Shown: piece after piece, positions 1 through 12,644 of the stretch
How positions within the stretch are numbered: position 1 is the first letter of the stretch
How the letters are laid out: each line of letters opens with the position of its first letter
Source: Guillardia theta CCMP2712
Taxonomy: Eukaryota > Protista > Cryptophyta
Reading direction: 5' to 3'
Assembly: GCF_000315625.1 (NCBI RefSeq)
Contig: NW_005434626.1
Span: forward strand, 383,448-447,447
DNA: 64,000 nucleotides
The notes under the pieces: generated by a model
The model's database searches: none
Seen by the model: only the letters and a program-made list of their open reading frames with translations
Told to the model about the DNA's origin: nothing
Made by a program: the position numbers and the translations under genes

Positions 1-1405
1 GCGACCGATCAACCAACGCCTGCAAGTCTGTCCCTGCTATCCTCTCCCCAACTTCCAACAGCTGAAGCCCCAACAGTAGGGAGAGCATCTGAGCATCGTC
101 GTCAGAGAAACGTTGCCCAAGGAGCTGAAGCAGCTCGTTGCAAGTCTGACACAAGTCCAACCATCGCTCTCTGCCCAGCGACAGGACATGTACCGCAAGT
201 AGAAGCTCCTCCAGCCCTCTTGCTACCTCCTTCTTCCGCTTCTTCCCATCATACTCCACGGACAGCTGAATGGTGAACACATCCTCCAGTCCGTCCCAGG
301 GTGAGGAAGCGATCACTGACCACTGGTCGAGCATCCGAAACTTCTCCTCCAGCAGCACATGGCCTACAAAAGATTCAAACAGCAACCTCAGCCTCCTGTC
401 CATCACCTTGCAGGTGCTTCCGGATCAGCTCGCAGTCCACTGAGACCGTGTCCTCTTCGCAAGGGATCGGGTCGACCTTCTTGCTCATCGGCTGCTTCAC
501 AAAGCCATACCTGAGAACCTGCGTCACCAGCAGCATGCGGGGTAATGGTAGTGCAGGTCTCAACTACCGGTAGATGAGGTCAGCAACCCCTAGATCCCCG
601 TAAGACTGATAGATCTCCTTTCCTGGCCGGATGGACTTGACGGCCGTGCCCACCACCTGCTTTCCCTTCTGCCGAAACTCCACGTCAGGCTCGTCGTCGT
701 GGTTTCCCATGTCCACGAACGAGACCTGCTGCTGCGATCAGAGCGTGTCCGACATCGACCACGTTACCGCACCATGGACACGCCGAACCAGGGGTTGGCG
801 TGGCTGATGGAAGTAGCACATGCATGGAGATAGGTGTCAAAAGTCCATCCTTCTCCCAGCGGCTCCACGGCCTCTTGGTACTCTCTTCTCATCCTCCCCA
901 ACTTCCTTCGGCTCACAAGCTCCAGCTCCGTCCCCTCAAGCCACTGCTGCTCATCCTCCTTCCATGCCCAGCACACATCAACCGAGAGGGGTAGAGTACG
1001 GATCTTGTCGTAGTACTTCGAGCTGGGCCCCAGCCTTCTCTCTCGCATCAAGGCTAGTGCGAGGTGCACTTGGGAATCGGTCTCAATATCCGTTGCAAAT
1101 CCCTCCTCTCCGCAGAAGCAAGCATCCTTTGGAACTTTACAGATAACAGTGCCGCTGCTGATCTTCTTCTCCCTGCTCATCATCCCCCAACCATCTCTCA
1201 AGTAGGTTGGAACATCCTCGTTGTCGGAGATCTTCCTCCCCGGGTATCGGATCTCCACCAGATCTTTGTTCCACCATGCTCCCGTTGAATCCAGCCATTC
1301 ACTGAATCTGTCTCTCATCTCTCTTCCAAGAGGATTACCACCTACTTCTCCCTCACTGCAGGATCGTTTGGGCTCGCTCCCTCCATCGAACTTTATGCCA
1401 CTCAT
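1..1405 (-). CDS. SET-domain lysine methyltransferase (SETD6/Rubisco-LSMT-like), multi-exon, 3' end runs off window
   Basis: Exon 1 has GWGMMSREKKISSGTVICKVPK...LALMRER...YYDKIRTLP. After GT-AG introns: VSFVDMGNHDDEPD...IRPGKEIYQSYGDLGVADLIYRYGFV, the canonical SET NH and ELxFxYG motifs. Confidence 0.85.
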
Positions 1406-2324
1406 CCTCCTCCACCTTCGTCCGGTGGAATGTGCCGCACACGTCTGGCACAGCAGGAGCAGAGCAAGGGCAGCAGAGCTGGAAGGAATCCTTCAAGGCT
1501 GTATCCAGAGTAGATCAAACAACTTCACCCATCAACCTGACGATCTCACAAACGCTTCCTCTTGCTCCTTTACCCTGCTTCCCTTTGCCTCCCTTCCGTC
1601 CCTCCATTGCCGGGCACGTGACATCCGGCCATCTTCAGTGCCGGCTCGGCCCGGGCCTTGGACTGGTCCTGTGTAGGTCTGAGGGCGACTTGCTGCTATT
1701 TTCGGTTCGTTTTTAAATACAAGAAAATAAAATATTGTACAATCTCTGGATGCTTGACTGATTTTAATAAGAGTATCTGTACTGAATGAAGATACTCAAT
1801 ATCTCATAAAAGCAATATAGGTGGATTATGGTACTTCCATTATATATACTGTTTTTAAAGTGTTGGTGGAATGCAGCGCCAGCGATGGCGAAGACAGGGG
1901 TGGGGAACAAGAGGTGGTGTTGAATTGGGACGGGGTAGTGGAAGATTACAGCTTCGATGAGGGGTGGTATATGGGGCACTTCTGACGATTTATGAGGGGT
2001 GAAGAAGATCCCCTTGATGTTCAATGGGGTAGGGGGTGAGAAGATAAAAAAAAAATCGCCAGGAATAGATCAGAGGGGATAAGAGGAGGGCGAAGGCAAG
2101 GGCCAATCACAAGACAGGTGAGACGAGAAAATGCTCTTTGTAGATGATATGCCACTGTGTATGAACCTGAGACAAACAAAACCTGGACTGATGGGAGATT
2201 GAAATAAGATGAATTGTTGTTCATCGTCAATTTTGCTTCTAATGTTCTATATGTATGAAGTGATGATTTCCGTCTATGCATGCATTCATAAACGTGCCGT
2301 GGATTGACAAATGCTTTTGCAGCA

Positions 2325-2495
2325 ATGTTCCAGCTCCTCTTTGACCTCGGTGACTACGCTACCACCTACCGCGCCACCCGCGATGCCTACTTGAAGGCTG
2401 CCAACGAGCTCAAGCTCGCCACCGGCCCCTACAAGGCTGCCCGTGACGCCTACGTTGCTGGCACTGCCACCTACACCAAGTCCCTCTACGAGTAA
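2325..2495 (+). CDS. 56-aa micropeptide MFQLLFDLGDYATTYRATRDAY...YTKSLYE, Ala/Tyr/Thr-rich
   Basis: Extreme codon bias (gcc/acc/tac/aag/ctc) in an AT-richer context. Branch-like ttgac and tgcag acceptor sit 2 nt before the ATG. Internal repeat YRATRDAY/YKAARDAY. Confidence 0.8.
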   Translation: MFQLLFDLGDYATTYRATRDAYLKAANELKLATGPYKAARDAYVAGTATYTKSLYE

Positions 2496-2657
2496 AAATC
2501 GGAACTGGATATGTAATAAATGGCTGTTATTTTTTATGAGTTGTGCTATCTGTTGGTTTGAGCCATCCATTTCTAGTAACGAGATTGGCAAGCCATATCA
2601 TTTCTTGTTGGTTTTCGACATTGACTTCGTTCTGTCGCAAGAATGAACTCAACTTGA

Positions 2658-4523
2658 TTAGTTGAGGTGAAGTGATTTTACCTGGGTGCTGGAGTTGCTC
2701 TCCCAAGAGTGTGCCCACAAATGAATAGCATGGACATCAGCGTGATAGTCCTGCGATGGGCCGTCATGTGGTACAGATGATGGTTGAGTTGAACCGTCTT
2801 CAGGTCGATGGTTTGCCAGTTCTTCTCAAAATCCCCATGGTTGTTAGGCAGGGAATAGAAATACCTGCAACAAGGGAGCATGCGAAAAGAAGAGAAATCA
2901 AAATCAGAATCACCTCACTGGAAGGACAATCCACTCCAAATCATCGACTCCATGAGGCTTATGAAGCTTCTCCTTCCATGCCGATATCATCATTCTCGTA
3001 AAGTATCCAGGGCCTGTCTGCCGGTCAAGTTTGAAAGAATTGACAAACTTTGTTCCTGTTTTGCAAATCGTCTCGTTTCCAGAGGAAAGAGCCTGTGGGA
3101 AAGCACAAGAACAAGATTAACATCACGAATTGTCCGAATCATCAAGAGCATTACGCAAAGGAGTCTGTCACTAGGCATACTCGTGCTACTGTGAAGCTTT
3201 TCCAAACACCTCTATGAGTGAAGGTGTTACGGAACTAAGTGCCACAAGGGCAACACCTTGAGCAGTGGGTGCTGGGGAGCAGAGCCTGATAGCAACACTG
3301 AGAAAAGTGGCAGAGGCCGATCATTTCCTTACCTATCAACCCGTTGTTTACCTCGATATGTCCTACGTTCGATAGCCCTGCAAAGAAGGCAACCCCGGTC
3401 TCTGGGGTACGATATGAACGCAGTCAAGCCTTTTTCACAGGCTCCGCACCCAATATGTCGTGGAAGCTACGAATACACTTGAAGTCAACATCAACGTAAA
3501 CCCCCCCAAATCTTCATGAAGACCATAGTTCAGGGAAACAGAACAAACCAAGAGAGCCGATTGACCTGTTCAACACCTCCAGTCGCAAGATATCGCTCTT
3601 CTCACCATAGTTTGAGGCACTCGCATAACTTGATCCACGTAAGTCATCGTGCGTTCAGCGTTTCTCACAGAAAAACCTGCCAGCACTGTCCATGGGATTG
3701 GATGAAAATTCCTGGAGAATCATGTATCGTCATGTCACGAAAAATGCACCTGCTGCAAACCTGAGCGATCGACTCGTCATCCCACAGGTAATGCTTCCAT
3801 CCCTCTTGAGCAGGATGCAGCAATATCCACTCCTGTCATATCATCAGGGCACAAGGCTTTTTTTCGTTCAGCAGTAGCACATCTCGAAGAGATTGGAACT
3901 TTCCAGGAAGCTTTCCCCCAATCCAGATATGATGGATGATCCTTGGGATCCTGGCCATCCTTTTACAACCCTACATGTCATCAAGGACCGTTTACCTCTC
4001 TTCGCATCCCTCGCTCTTGTTCCCAGTTCCTCTGAACCTTGGCACGAAGTTCTCTGAGTACCTGACAGGAGCACACTCAATCCAACTTGAGTGAAGGATC
4101 TGATGCAAAATAAGAACCTTTCGATGCACGATTGGATCCATTCAGAATCATCCGAGCCCCACACTCCATACCGCAGATCCCTGCTTCTGTTCCAATGGTA
4201 AAAGAACAGTGTTTCAGCATGTCAGTTTCTTCATACGCGTCTATGTTTCTATGTTCCGATTGTTCTCTTTACCCTTCTACCTCCCCTCGCCAGATCCTTA
4301 ACTCATCAAAAACTTCAATCGAATCCTCATCGTCCCATGATCTGCTTCTTCCTCTCATAGCTGAGCTGCACTTCCCAACCCCGTCCTGATTCTGCATCAT
4401 GCTTGCCCGCTCTTTCCTCTGTTTCCTCCGCACCCGTCTCCTCTCCCCGTCTCTCACCTCCCTCCACATCCTCCGTGCATGAAGTCCTCCATTAGCCGCA
4501 ATGTATCGAGCCCGCCCCAGCAT
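2658..4523 (-). CDS. GT32 (OCH1/SUR1-like, DXD) glycosyltransferase, many short exons
   Basis: Spliced translation gives IPRIIHHIWIGGKLP...EW...WKHYLWDD...NYGEKSDILRLEVLNRFGGVYVDVDF...HAIHLWAHSW. Confidence 0.85.
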
Positions 4524-5864
4524 TTAATGGCTCCGTCCTTCCGGTACCCACCTCATTGAAAGCCAATCACCCGATTGCCTACCACCTCTGCTACCACCCG
4601 TTCTACTCTCCACCCCTGCTAAATGTACCCCCACCCTGAAATCTTCGAGCATTTGAGGGTTTCGTGCAGGATTTCGGCCTATATCTTCCAATATCAAAGG
4701 GATACCCACCTACCTCCTAGTCTTCTACCCCTCCCTTTCCAGGATACTACCCCCGCTGCTTCCACCACTGCTGTTTCTCCTACCGACCCCGAACCCCGAA
4801 CCCGACCCATTCAGGGTCCTTCAGTACCCCTCTGTTTCATCGCACCCCTTCCTCAACCGGAATGTATGAGTACCCCACCCCTTCAAACGAAATATCTTTT
4901 CTAAGAACGCGAAATTGATCAAAATACCGGTACTTTTCAATCTAATTAAACGGGTATAGAGGACACTTCAAGTCCAACTACCCCAATTTCACAACCCCAC
5001 ACTTCTAGTTTTAAACGATAGGAGGGACCCTACCTGTATTGTGAACATCATTTAACCCCACCCCTCGACATATACCCCTTCTTAAGACTTTGTCCACCCT
5101 ACCTTCTGGCAAACGATACCGACACTGCCATGGAATGCACCCTGGCAATTCTCCTCCCTTCCTCCTCCCGCAGTCTCCCCCCGTGTCCTCCCTTTCCTCC
5201 CTCCCATAATCGTCGCACATTCATGAATATTACTTCAGATGCTCCATTGTCTTCCTCGCTATGAGCCTTCTTTTGCGCTCCTACTTCACTTCAGATCCTC
5301 CTTTGTTTCATGGTGGTACGAGATATTGTGTAAAACATGTGTTGAAGGAGATGATCGAAGCATGGTTTCACGTTGCATTCAATATTTTTCCAGATGAAAG
5401 AACTTGTTTGCTGCAGTAGTATAGTACAGAATGCTTCGAACCTTACAAAGTGCTCGACCTAAAAGATAATGGCGCTCGCTGGGAACCCACTGGTCGTTTG
5501 ACAGGGCATGTTCTTGCTGTGGTTCAGTGGGTGTCTCGCTGTGTTGATCTTTGTAACAATCTTGATGTTTCACTCCGAACACCTCCGCACATCTTTGGTT
5601 TCACATACAAGAATATGCATTGTGACAGAATGTTTGCTGGTTCCACCCAGAAGATTTTCTTCTGTGCTGACTGCTATTCTGATTGTCACTGTTTTTTTTT
5701 TCAGGTTGCTTTCTGTTTGTTTAGTGTCCAACCATCAGTCTAGTCATCATGGCGCCGGCGCCCAAGATGTAATCATGAAACATCAGAGTTGATTCAACCC
5801 GCATGTTCTGAGATTTCAGAAACCCTGAAATCCGAAACCATCGGCCGTCGGCTTTTCCTTCAAG

Positions 5865-6830
5865 ATGAGTCAAAACTTGGAGGAGATCTCAGGGAAAATA
5901 TCCTCGTTTTGGGAAAGCTTACTATGCTGTCAAGCGAATTCTTCGACCACGAGGCATGATCCAGCCGTTGGCATGTCAAAATTTGTCTGTTGTGACCAGC
6001 ACTTCTAGGATGATCCGGACGACTCCCAGCATGCGTGGGATGAAGCATCCGACCACCACCAACCAGCAGCCGCAGGGAGGCGTCGGGATCGTTTTCTTAC
6101 AGGTAAGGAGGACTTGCTCGTTGCTCCTTCGACCCTGTTGCAATTCAACTACTGATCCCGCCATGACATTTCGCTGCATTTGCTGTTACGCTGCTTGCTG
6201 CACATGTCGAAATTTGCACTGCATGTCGTGTTTCAGGATTTCGCCACTCATGTTGATTTCCTACAGGATCACAGGCAGGATCTTTACGTTCACTTCTTGG
6301 TGGAGAATGGACCAGCGCATCTCAGCGGAGTGATTTCTCCTGGTGAGAGTCCGACGTCGAGAGTGAGGGGGCGGCTCATGACAAGTGGAAGGCGATGAAC
6401 TGCGTAGCATTGATTCTCGACACATCCAAGAGGAGGGCACGGACCTGTCGGTGAGCATCTCTGTGCTACTGGGTGTCTCTGCTTATCACATGACACGTGC
6501 TACTGGGCAGATGCTTTCTGGCCCTCATGGATCATTTGTCACGCTGAGTTTCCGGCGCAAGTCAATCGATCGTAATCGTGCAAAATGTATTGGAGCAGGA
6601 AGAACTGACTCTGTGTAGATGTGAACTCAAGCGAGGATTATTATGTGCAGCTTATCCGTGATGCCAACTACTACCCTGATGTTCTTGCAGTGCCACCAGA
6701 AGATGAGAAAGTTTTGGTGAGCATCCCGGAATTTCAATTCCGGCAGCCTAGTTTCACTGATATCCCCTTTAGGTCTAATCCTCTTGGCGACATCGCATTA
6801 CAGTGTAATCGAATCGACGCCCTCAAATAA
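5865..6830 (+). CDS. PDZ-domain protein, multi-exon
   Basis: Spliced GGVGIVFLQ|DHRQDLYVHFLVENGPAHLSGVISPG|DELRSID...|MLSGPHGSFVTLSFRR, a typical PDZ fold pattern. N-terminal WESLLCC. Start codon uncertain. Confidence 0.75.
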
Positions 6831-6984
6831 GGAAATGTAATTTGGTGCTTAAATGAATTCATCTCAACTGTCATTCAACAAATCTCTAGAGGTCCTCTGA
6901 TCAAATGACAACGCACAACCTCACAATGAAAAATAGTTTTGTTTTTAACACTGTATTAACAGAAAAACTGTTAACGTTACTTGT

Positions 6985-7101
6985 TTACCAGGGGCGGTTG
7001 TCGAGGTCAGAGTTCCACGACGGCCAGGTGCCGTTGAAGGCGAGCGGGAGCTGCTCGTGGTGCTGGTACTCTTGGCGCCACATCCAAAGGGTCTGGAACA
7101 T
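6985..7101 (-). CDS. 38-aa micropeptide MFQTLWMWRQEYQHHEQLPLAFNGTWPSWNSDLDNRPW (not in the ORF track)
   Basis: Clean ATG..TAA ORF with C/G-ending codons in AT-rich flanks. Upstream ctgac branch plus tgcag acceptor (7109-7111) and a strong cag|gtatgt donor at 7347. Confidence 0.72.
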   Translation of the reverse strand: MFQTLWMWRQEYQHHEQLPLAFNGTWPSWNSDLDNRPW

Positions 7102-7739
7102 CTTTCAACTGCAACAGGATAGTCAGTCATCTTGTAGAACAACCAACAGAAGTTTCTTGTGGAACGACGAACAGTTGCCACATTTCATATCTCTCAAGAA
7201 TAATTTCATCATCCAGAAAACGCACAGAATCTATTCAACATACAAAACACGATGTTTCTGAATCATTCCTGTACACAACAGCACACTGTCTTCACATCAC
7301 AGCATCGTAAAGCCACAATTCCAAGAACGTGGTATGCGGTCACATACCTGCTGTTGATACTGTCTCCTCCTCCGCGGTCCCTCTTTCCCTACTGTTCTAT
7401 TCTGGGCACCTCCCCCTCCAAAAAAAATTAAGACCCCTACCCTTCTTTTAATTCTGATTTGGATGGGTAGCCAATGCACTATTCAGGAGCACCCCACCCC
7501 ATCCGCTGTATATATCTCGTTAATGAATGGGCACCGGTACTAGGTTATACACCCCATTTTTTTCTGTTTGAAGAGGGGGTGAAACATGAGATCCCAATTT
7601 AGAACGACGACCTGAATCCCACTTTTGAACTAAATTTCCAAACTTTACACGTATATTTCAAAAATATAGGAACATTTTTGTATGTCACTGGTCACAACCC
7701 GCCTCAGCAGTCTCAAACTTGAAAAGGCAGCACCATGCC

Positions 7740-8770
7740 ATGAAAACAGCATTCACTGTCAGTGACTGGCGGGCCCTGGCTCGGAGGCTCTGCCGCCCGG
7801 CCTAGTCAAGTCCGACCCGCCAGCGCAGAGCACGGTGTATCCGTACTCGGGCCGTGTGACGGTGACTGACTGTCCCCGCCCGGCGCGCAGTGGCCCGTGG
7901 CAAGCGGCGCCCCGGCCGGGCGGCCCCCGCGGGGGCTAACTGACACGGGCCTCAGTGTACTGACTGGCCTGAGTGCAGTGCGAACGTGCCGCACACAGCC
8001 TGGCAGGCTGCAACTTGAAGCCCCAGTGACTCAGGCTGACGGTCACTTGCTGAGTCACCGGGGGGGCAAGGTGCCACTACGGTGGCAGTGAGCCTGTGCG
8101 CCCAGTGCATTACGTAATGTTCGCGCCCCGGCGTGCGCCGCCGGGGCCGCGCCCGGGCCGCAGCCGGGGGGTAACGGGCCTCAGTGGCGTCCGGCGGGAC
8201 TCACAGAGTCTGAGTCAGCCGCTCCGACCGTGCCGGGTCGGAGGCTCCGGATGATGGGTCACCGGGCCGGGCCCGCGCGGCGGCGGCCGGGGAGTCCGGG
8301 GGCCCGGACGTCCGGCCGGCCGCCGCCCGTCGGAGCGACTGCCCCGATGGGGCCGGCCGCTATCCGGCGGCCCGCGGGGTCAACCGTTGAACGGAACTTG
8401 GGGGCGCGGCTTATCAGCACGCTGGCCCGCGGCCGCGCGCCCGGCCGGGCCGGCCGGGCCCCGGGCCCCCGCCGAACTTCGTTCCGCCGCCAGAACCAAG
8501 CCTGGAGTCCGATCCCGGGCGGGGCCCCGCGACGGTGCGAGTCCGGAAACTTGCCCGAGAGCCCGGCGCGGCCGGGTCCGTGGCGGCCCGCCGGGCCGCG
8601 CTCGGCAGCCTGGGCCCGGCCGCCGGGCCCGGCCGCCTCAGCCTCCGCCGTGACAGGCTGAGTCAGCGGACCGTGGTCACCGGAGCCTGGCAGGCTCCCC
8701 CGGGCCGGGCCCAGGCTCCGGGAGCCTCCGCGGACCAAGCTGGCTCGGGCACTGCTGGGTTGATGACTTG
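7740..8770. promoter_or_regulatory. GC-rich non-coding island (CCGG, TGAGTCA/TGACTCA, CAGTG words)
   Basis: Very GC-rich low-complexity sequence without a credible ORF, lying upstream of the minus-strand micropeptide gene. The same vocabulary recurs elsewhere in the window. Function is inferred. Confidence 0.45.
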
Positions 8771-8794
8771 AAGTTTACTGAGGTATCAGGGAGG

Positions 8795-11700
8795 TCACGA
8801 GTCAACTTGAAGGTACTTGGACAAGAGCCTCTTGGCTTCGACGTGGTTGGGGTTGTAGCGACGAACTCGCAGAAAGTAGCCGATGGCCTCCTGCTCGCTA
8901 ACTTCAGCCGCACAGGAGGAGGAAGACAGGACATGGTGATGGCGGCAGCTTGGAGGACCGGGACAAGGGCAGGAGGGTACCGAGAGGGAGGAGGGAGGAG
9001 GTGGGAGGGAGGAGAGGGAGGAGACCTCAAGACGATCTTGTTTCATCAGGCAGACGCCCAAGTTGTGCATGGCGTCGACGAAGTGCCTGCAAGAGGGGGA
9101 TGGGGCGATAAATCAAAAGAGGTAGAAAAAAGGCAGTTGATAAGTTGGAACAGGAACGAAGGAGAAGTGAGGGGACCAAGAAGAGAGAAGAGGAGAGAGA
9201 AGGGGAGGAAGTGAAGAGAGGAGAGGGGATGAAGGGAGAAGAGGGGAGGGGAGGAGTGACGAAAACCTGTTGATGCGAATTGCATTGCGGAAGAACAGCT
9301 CAGCCTCTTCCTGTAGTCCGAGAGTCAGAGGAGGGAGGAAGAGTTGAAGCGAAAGAGCCAAGGGAGAATGTGGCAAATGCAAGCCGTGGAAAGGAAGAAG
9401 CAGCGAGATGAGAGAGGAGGAGGGAGAGAGGGGTGGCGAGGAGAAGCAGAGGACGAGGAGAGGATGGGCAGCAAGACGAGGGGCTGTTAGGATACCTGTC
9501 TTCCGACTTTGCCAGCAGCGAGTCCATACCAATAGTAAGAGATCGGGTTGAGGGGATCGAGAGAGATGATGTCACTGTAATCCATCGTGAGGGGAGAAAG
9601 GAGGGAGGGAGAGGGAGGGAGGGAGAGGGAGGGAGGGAGGGAGGGAGGAGGGAGAGAAGGGAGGAGAGGAGGGAGGGAAGGAGAGGAGTGAGTGAGTGAG
9701 TGAGTGAGTGAGTGAGTGAGTGAGGCAGCGGAGCGAGGGAGGGAGGGAGGGAGAGGAGGGAGATTTTCTCTTGTCTCACCGATGAGCCTGCAGCGCGTCC
9801 TCATGCATGCCAAGGCCATGGAGGGCCTGGCGGAAAGAAAATCAGAATCGAGGAGGATGAGGGATGGGAAGGAGAAGGAGAAGGCGGAGAAGGGGCAGGC
9901 AAAAAAGAGGGAGAGGGGTAGGAAAACGTTCAGGTTGTGGAAAGAAAGGAGGAGGAGGGGGCAGGAGCAGGAGCAGGGGCAGGGGCAGGTGTAGGAAAGA
10001 CAGGAGGGGAAGTAGCCAGGAACAGACCTGTCCCATGTTAAAGTAGAAATCCACACGATCGGGAAAGAAGTCGACGGCCTGCGTTGGAGTGAGGTGGAGA
10101 AGGTGTGTGGAAGAGAGACCTGGTCGAAGACAAGAAACGCCTTCTCGTAATCTTGTTTGGCAAGAGAGTTGAGTCCTAGGTTGTGGAGCCCGTTGATGTG
10201 CTCAGGTTTCGCTTTCACTGCAAACTGTTGGATCTCTGTGTGAGCAAAGACAGGATTCTGAGAAGCAAGACCAATGGACGAGGAAAAGAGAAAATGATGA
10301 CAACACATTAGGATGTGAATCGAAGAAGATGTTGTTTGATTGAGAATTCTTACATCCAACTGTTCTTCAGCCTTTTCATATTGACCAGCACGGTTGTAAA
10401 AGGCACCTGGTAACATGGAGTCAGCGCATCTGAGTCATGGTATCGTTCATCACCGAGGTCGTTGTAAGCGTCGAAGTAGTTTGGTTGCAGTCTTGAAGCT
10501 TCCAAAAGATGTTTGACCCCTAGGAAGAGATGAGATGAGATGAGATGAGATGAGATGAGATGAGATGAGATGAGATGAGATGAGATGAGATGAGATGATT
10601 TCAAAGGTCATATCACCAATATCAATTCGTTTGACGTCGTTGATGATGATATTTCCGTAGCTGAAGTGATTGGTCATACTCAACACAAGGAGACGAAAGA
10701 AGAACAGAATACAATAAAACAGAATACACAGAATACAACAAAACAGGTGTTGAAACGATATCATTACCCGTAATGAGCTTTCGGGTTTGTTGGGTTGTCT
10801 CGAATCATTGCACCATAAAACGCTTCTCGGTGCCTCCTGTCACAACACAACACATCACAAATATCACAACTCCTCGTTGTATCACCAGTCTCTGTTTCTA
10901 ATCAAAGTTCGAATCCCATACGCCACGGTGATGAACAAACAGATTCGTTGAGCTCTTGAACGAAACAAGTCCATCAACACAGAACGATCCCCTGCTTCAG
11001 CTCCTCCTTTCATCTTGACTTCCTCTTCTTCCTCCTCCTCCTCCTCTCTACCCCCCATCCGGTGGATAGCGAGGGAGAGCAGGATACAGAAACCGAGGGA
11101 AGGAGCATACAGAACGCGCTCTGCGATAACGAAACCGACAGGAAAGAAAAGGTTTGAGCTGGGAAGGAAAGGAGCGACGATGAGGCTGAGGGACATGATG
11201 GCCGAGATGTCCTTCCTCCTCACAAACAGAAGCACAGCGACTGAACTCAACAACAGAAACGAACACCAGAAGAGAACCGTCAGCAAGTTCCTCGCATCGT
11301 GCAGGTCATGGATAAGGGGTACGGTGAAGTGTGAGTAATCGGCTTTGAGCACTAGGGGAAACATCAAAAGCTCTGCATTCTTGTACAGCAGGAAATTCCA
11401 CGTGAGCAGTCGAACCAGCCAACCTCGCTCTCCCCTTACAAACCTGCAAGCCTTGACGTCACTTCGACTTCTTCCTCCTCCTCCTCCTCCTCCTACCTAG
11501 CCGGGTTCTCAACCTGGAGGAAGTTTGGCCGGCAAGCAGCTTCCGAATAGACGCCAGGGGCGACCGTCCCAGCCGCGTCCCAAGCAGAGATGTTGGGGTC
11601 ACCCTTGAGCTTGAAGACAGGAATGCAGGGCCCGTTCAGCTCCTTCCTCCACTGGAAGATGAGGAGGAAGCTGCACAAGATACACACCAGCCGCAGCACT

Positions 11701-12644
11701 CCGAGCGATGCCTCTTGAAGCTTTCCCGCCTCGTGGGCCCCTCCTGCCCCCGCTTGTACTCCCGCTCCCGCTCCTCTCCCCTCCCCGGACTCTTGGCCAT
11801 GCCTCGCAGGAAGAGAGTCGTCTGTACTACCTGCAGCACCAGAATTTCCAGCATGCTCCTCCTTGGGCTCCCTTCCGTCCCCGTCTTCCTTCTCCTCCTC
11901 CTCCTCCTCCTCCTCTCCTGCCTTCTGCACGGCATCGTCCCGCTTCTCCTTTGCCTCTGTCCTCTTCAGCATCAAGCTCAGCATCGATCGATCTCTGACT
12001 AGCTCATACACCACGTTGACCCCGAAGACAGTGATGCTCTGCTCCTTGAACAGCATCCCGCAGAATGCAAGAGCGATGGAGCAGCAAGTCCACAGGAGCA
12101 CGAGGACCAAGTTGACCAGGACGAAGCGGGAGGGCAACGTTGTGGACCTGACATGGCAGAGGAACGAGAGAAGGAACATGATTGCACTGAGCATCTCGCC
12201 TCTGCTCACGATTGAGCTCACGGCGTCTGTGTGGATGGGGTGCGTTGCAAAGAGAGCACACGCCCAGAAGCTCTCGCTCCTCCTCCTCCTCCTCCCCAGC
12301 ACAATCCTCGTCACAGGGTAGAGCAGGAGGGTGACTATACCATGAAGCACTACGTTCACTGAGTGGAACTGAACCTCGTCCCATCGCCTCCCTGCCAGCA
12401 GGTAGCTCAATCTGAAGCTGAGGATCGTCAGAGGGCGGAAACTCTTGTGGCTCTGCCACTCCTCCATGGGAGTTCCCCAGAAGTCGCTCTTGAAGACTTT
12501 CTCCAATGGTGTGCTGGGAAGAACATCCTTGTTCTCCATGACGGCGATGATGTCATCGAAGACGAACTCGCCATGAAGGGAGTTAAGGTACACTGAGCCC
12601 GCTAGGAAGAACAGCAAGAGGAAGGCCGTGATTGGCATGCTCAT
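8795..12644 (-). CDS. TMTC: TMTC-family protein O-mannosyltransferase (GT-C/DUF1736 + TPR repeats)
   Basis: FVFDD..A..N.D, DFWG..SHKSFRPLT, LFATHPIHTDAVSSIVSRGE, ENPA, FPLVLKADYS, PFLPSSNLFFPVGFVIAERVLYAPSLG, RNRDW, followed by TPR exons (AYNDLG, MHNLG). Confidence 0.93.
10527..10597. repeat. (GAGAT)n intronic microsatellite
   Basis: Perfect pentamer tandem visible in the sequence. Confidence 0.95.

Noticed and set aside
2658-4523. First suspected to be a retroelement remnant or a TcdA/B-like toxin glycosyltransferase
   Set aside because: Splicing yields an ordinary intron-rich eukaryotic GT32 with no toxin or reverse transcriptase domains.
5300-5800. Short Cys-rich or hydrophobic ORFs upstream of the PDZ gene
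   Set aside because: I could not build a consistent spliced model; it may be UTR or a small unrecognised gene.
6945-7181. 78-aa minus-strand ORF from the track
   Set aside because: Low-complexity translation; the overlapping frame 6985-7101 has much better codon bias and splice context.
8230-8771. Pro/Gly/Arg/Ala-rich ORFs in the GC island
   Set aside because: Stop-codon depletion in very GC-rich DNA explains them. They are open on both strands with no domain pattern.
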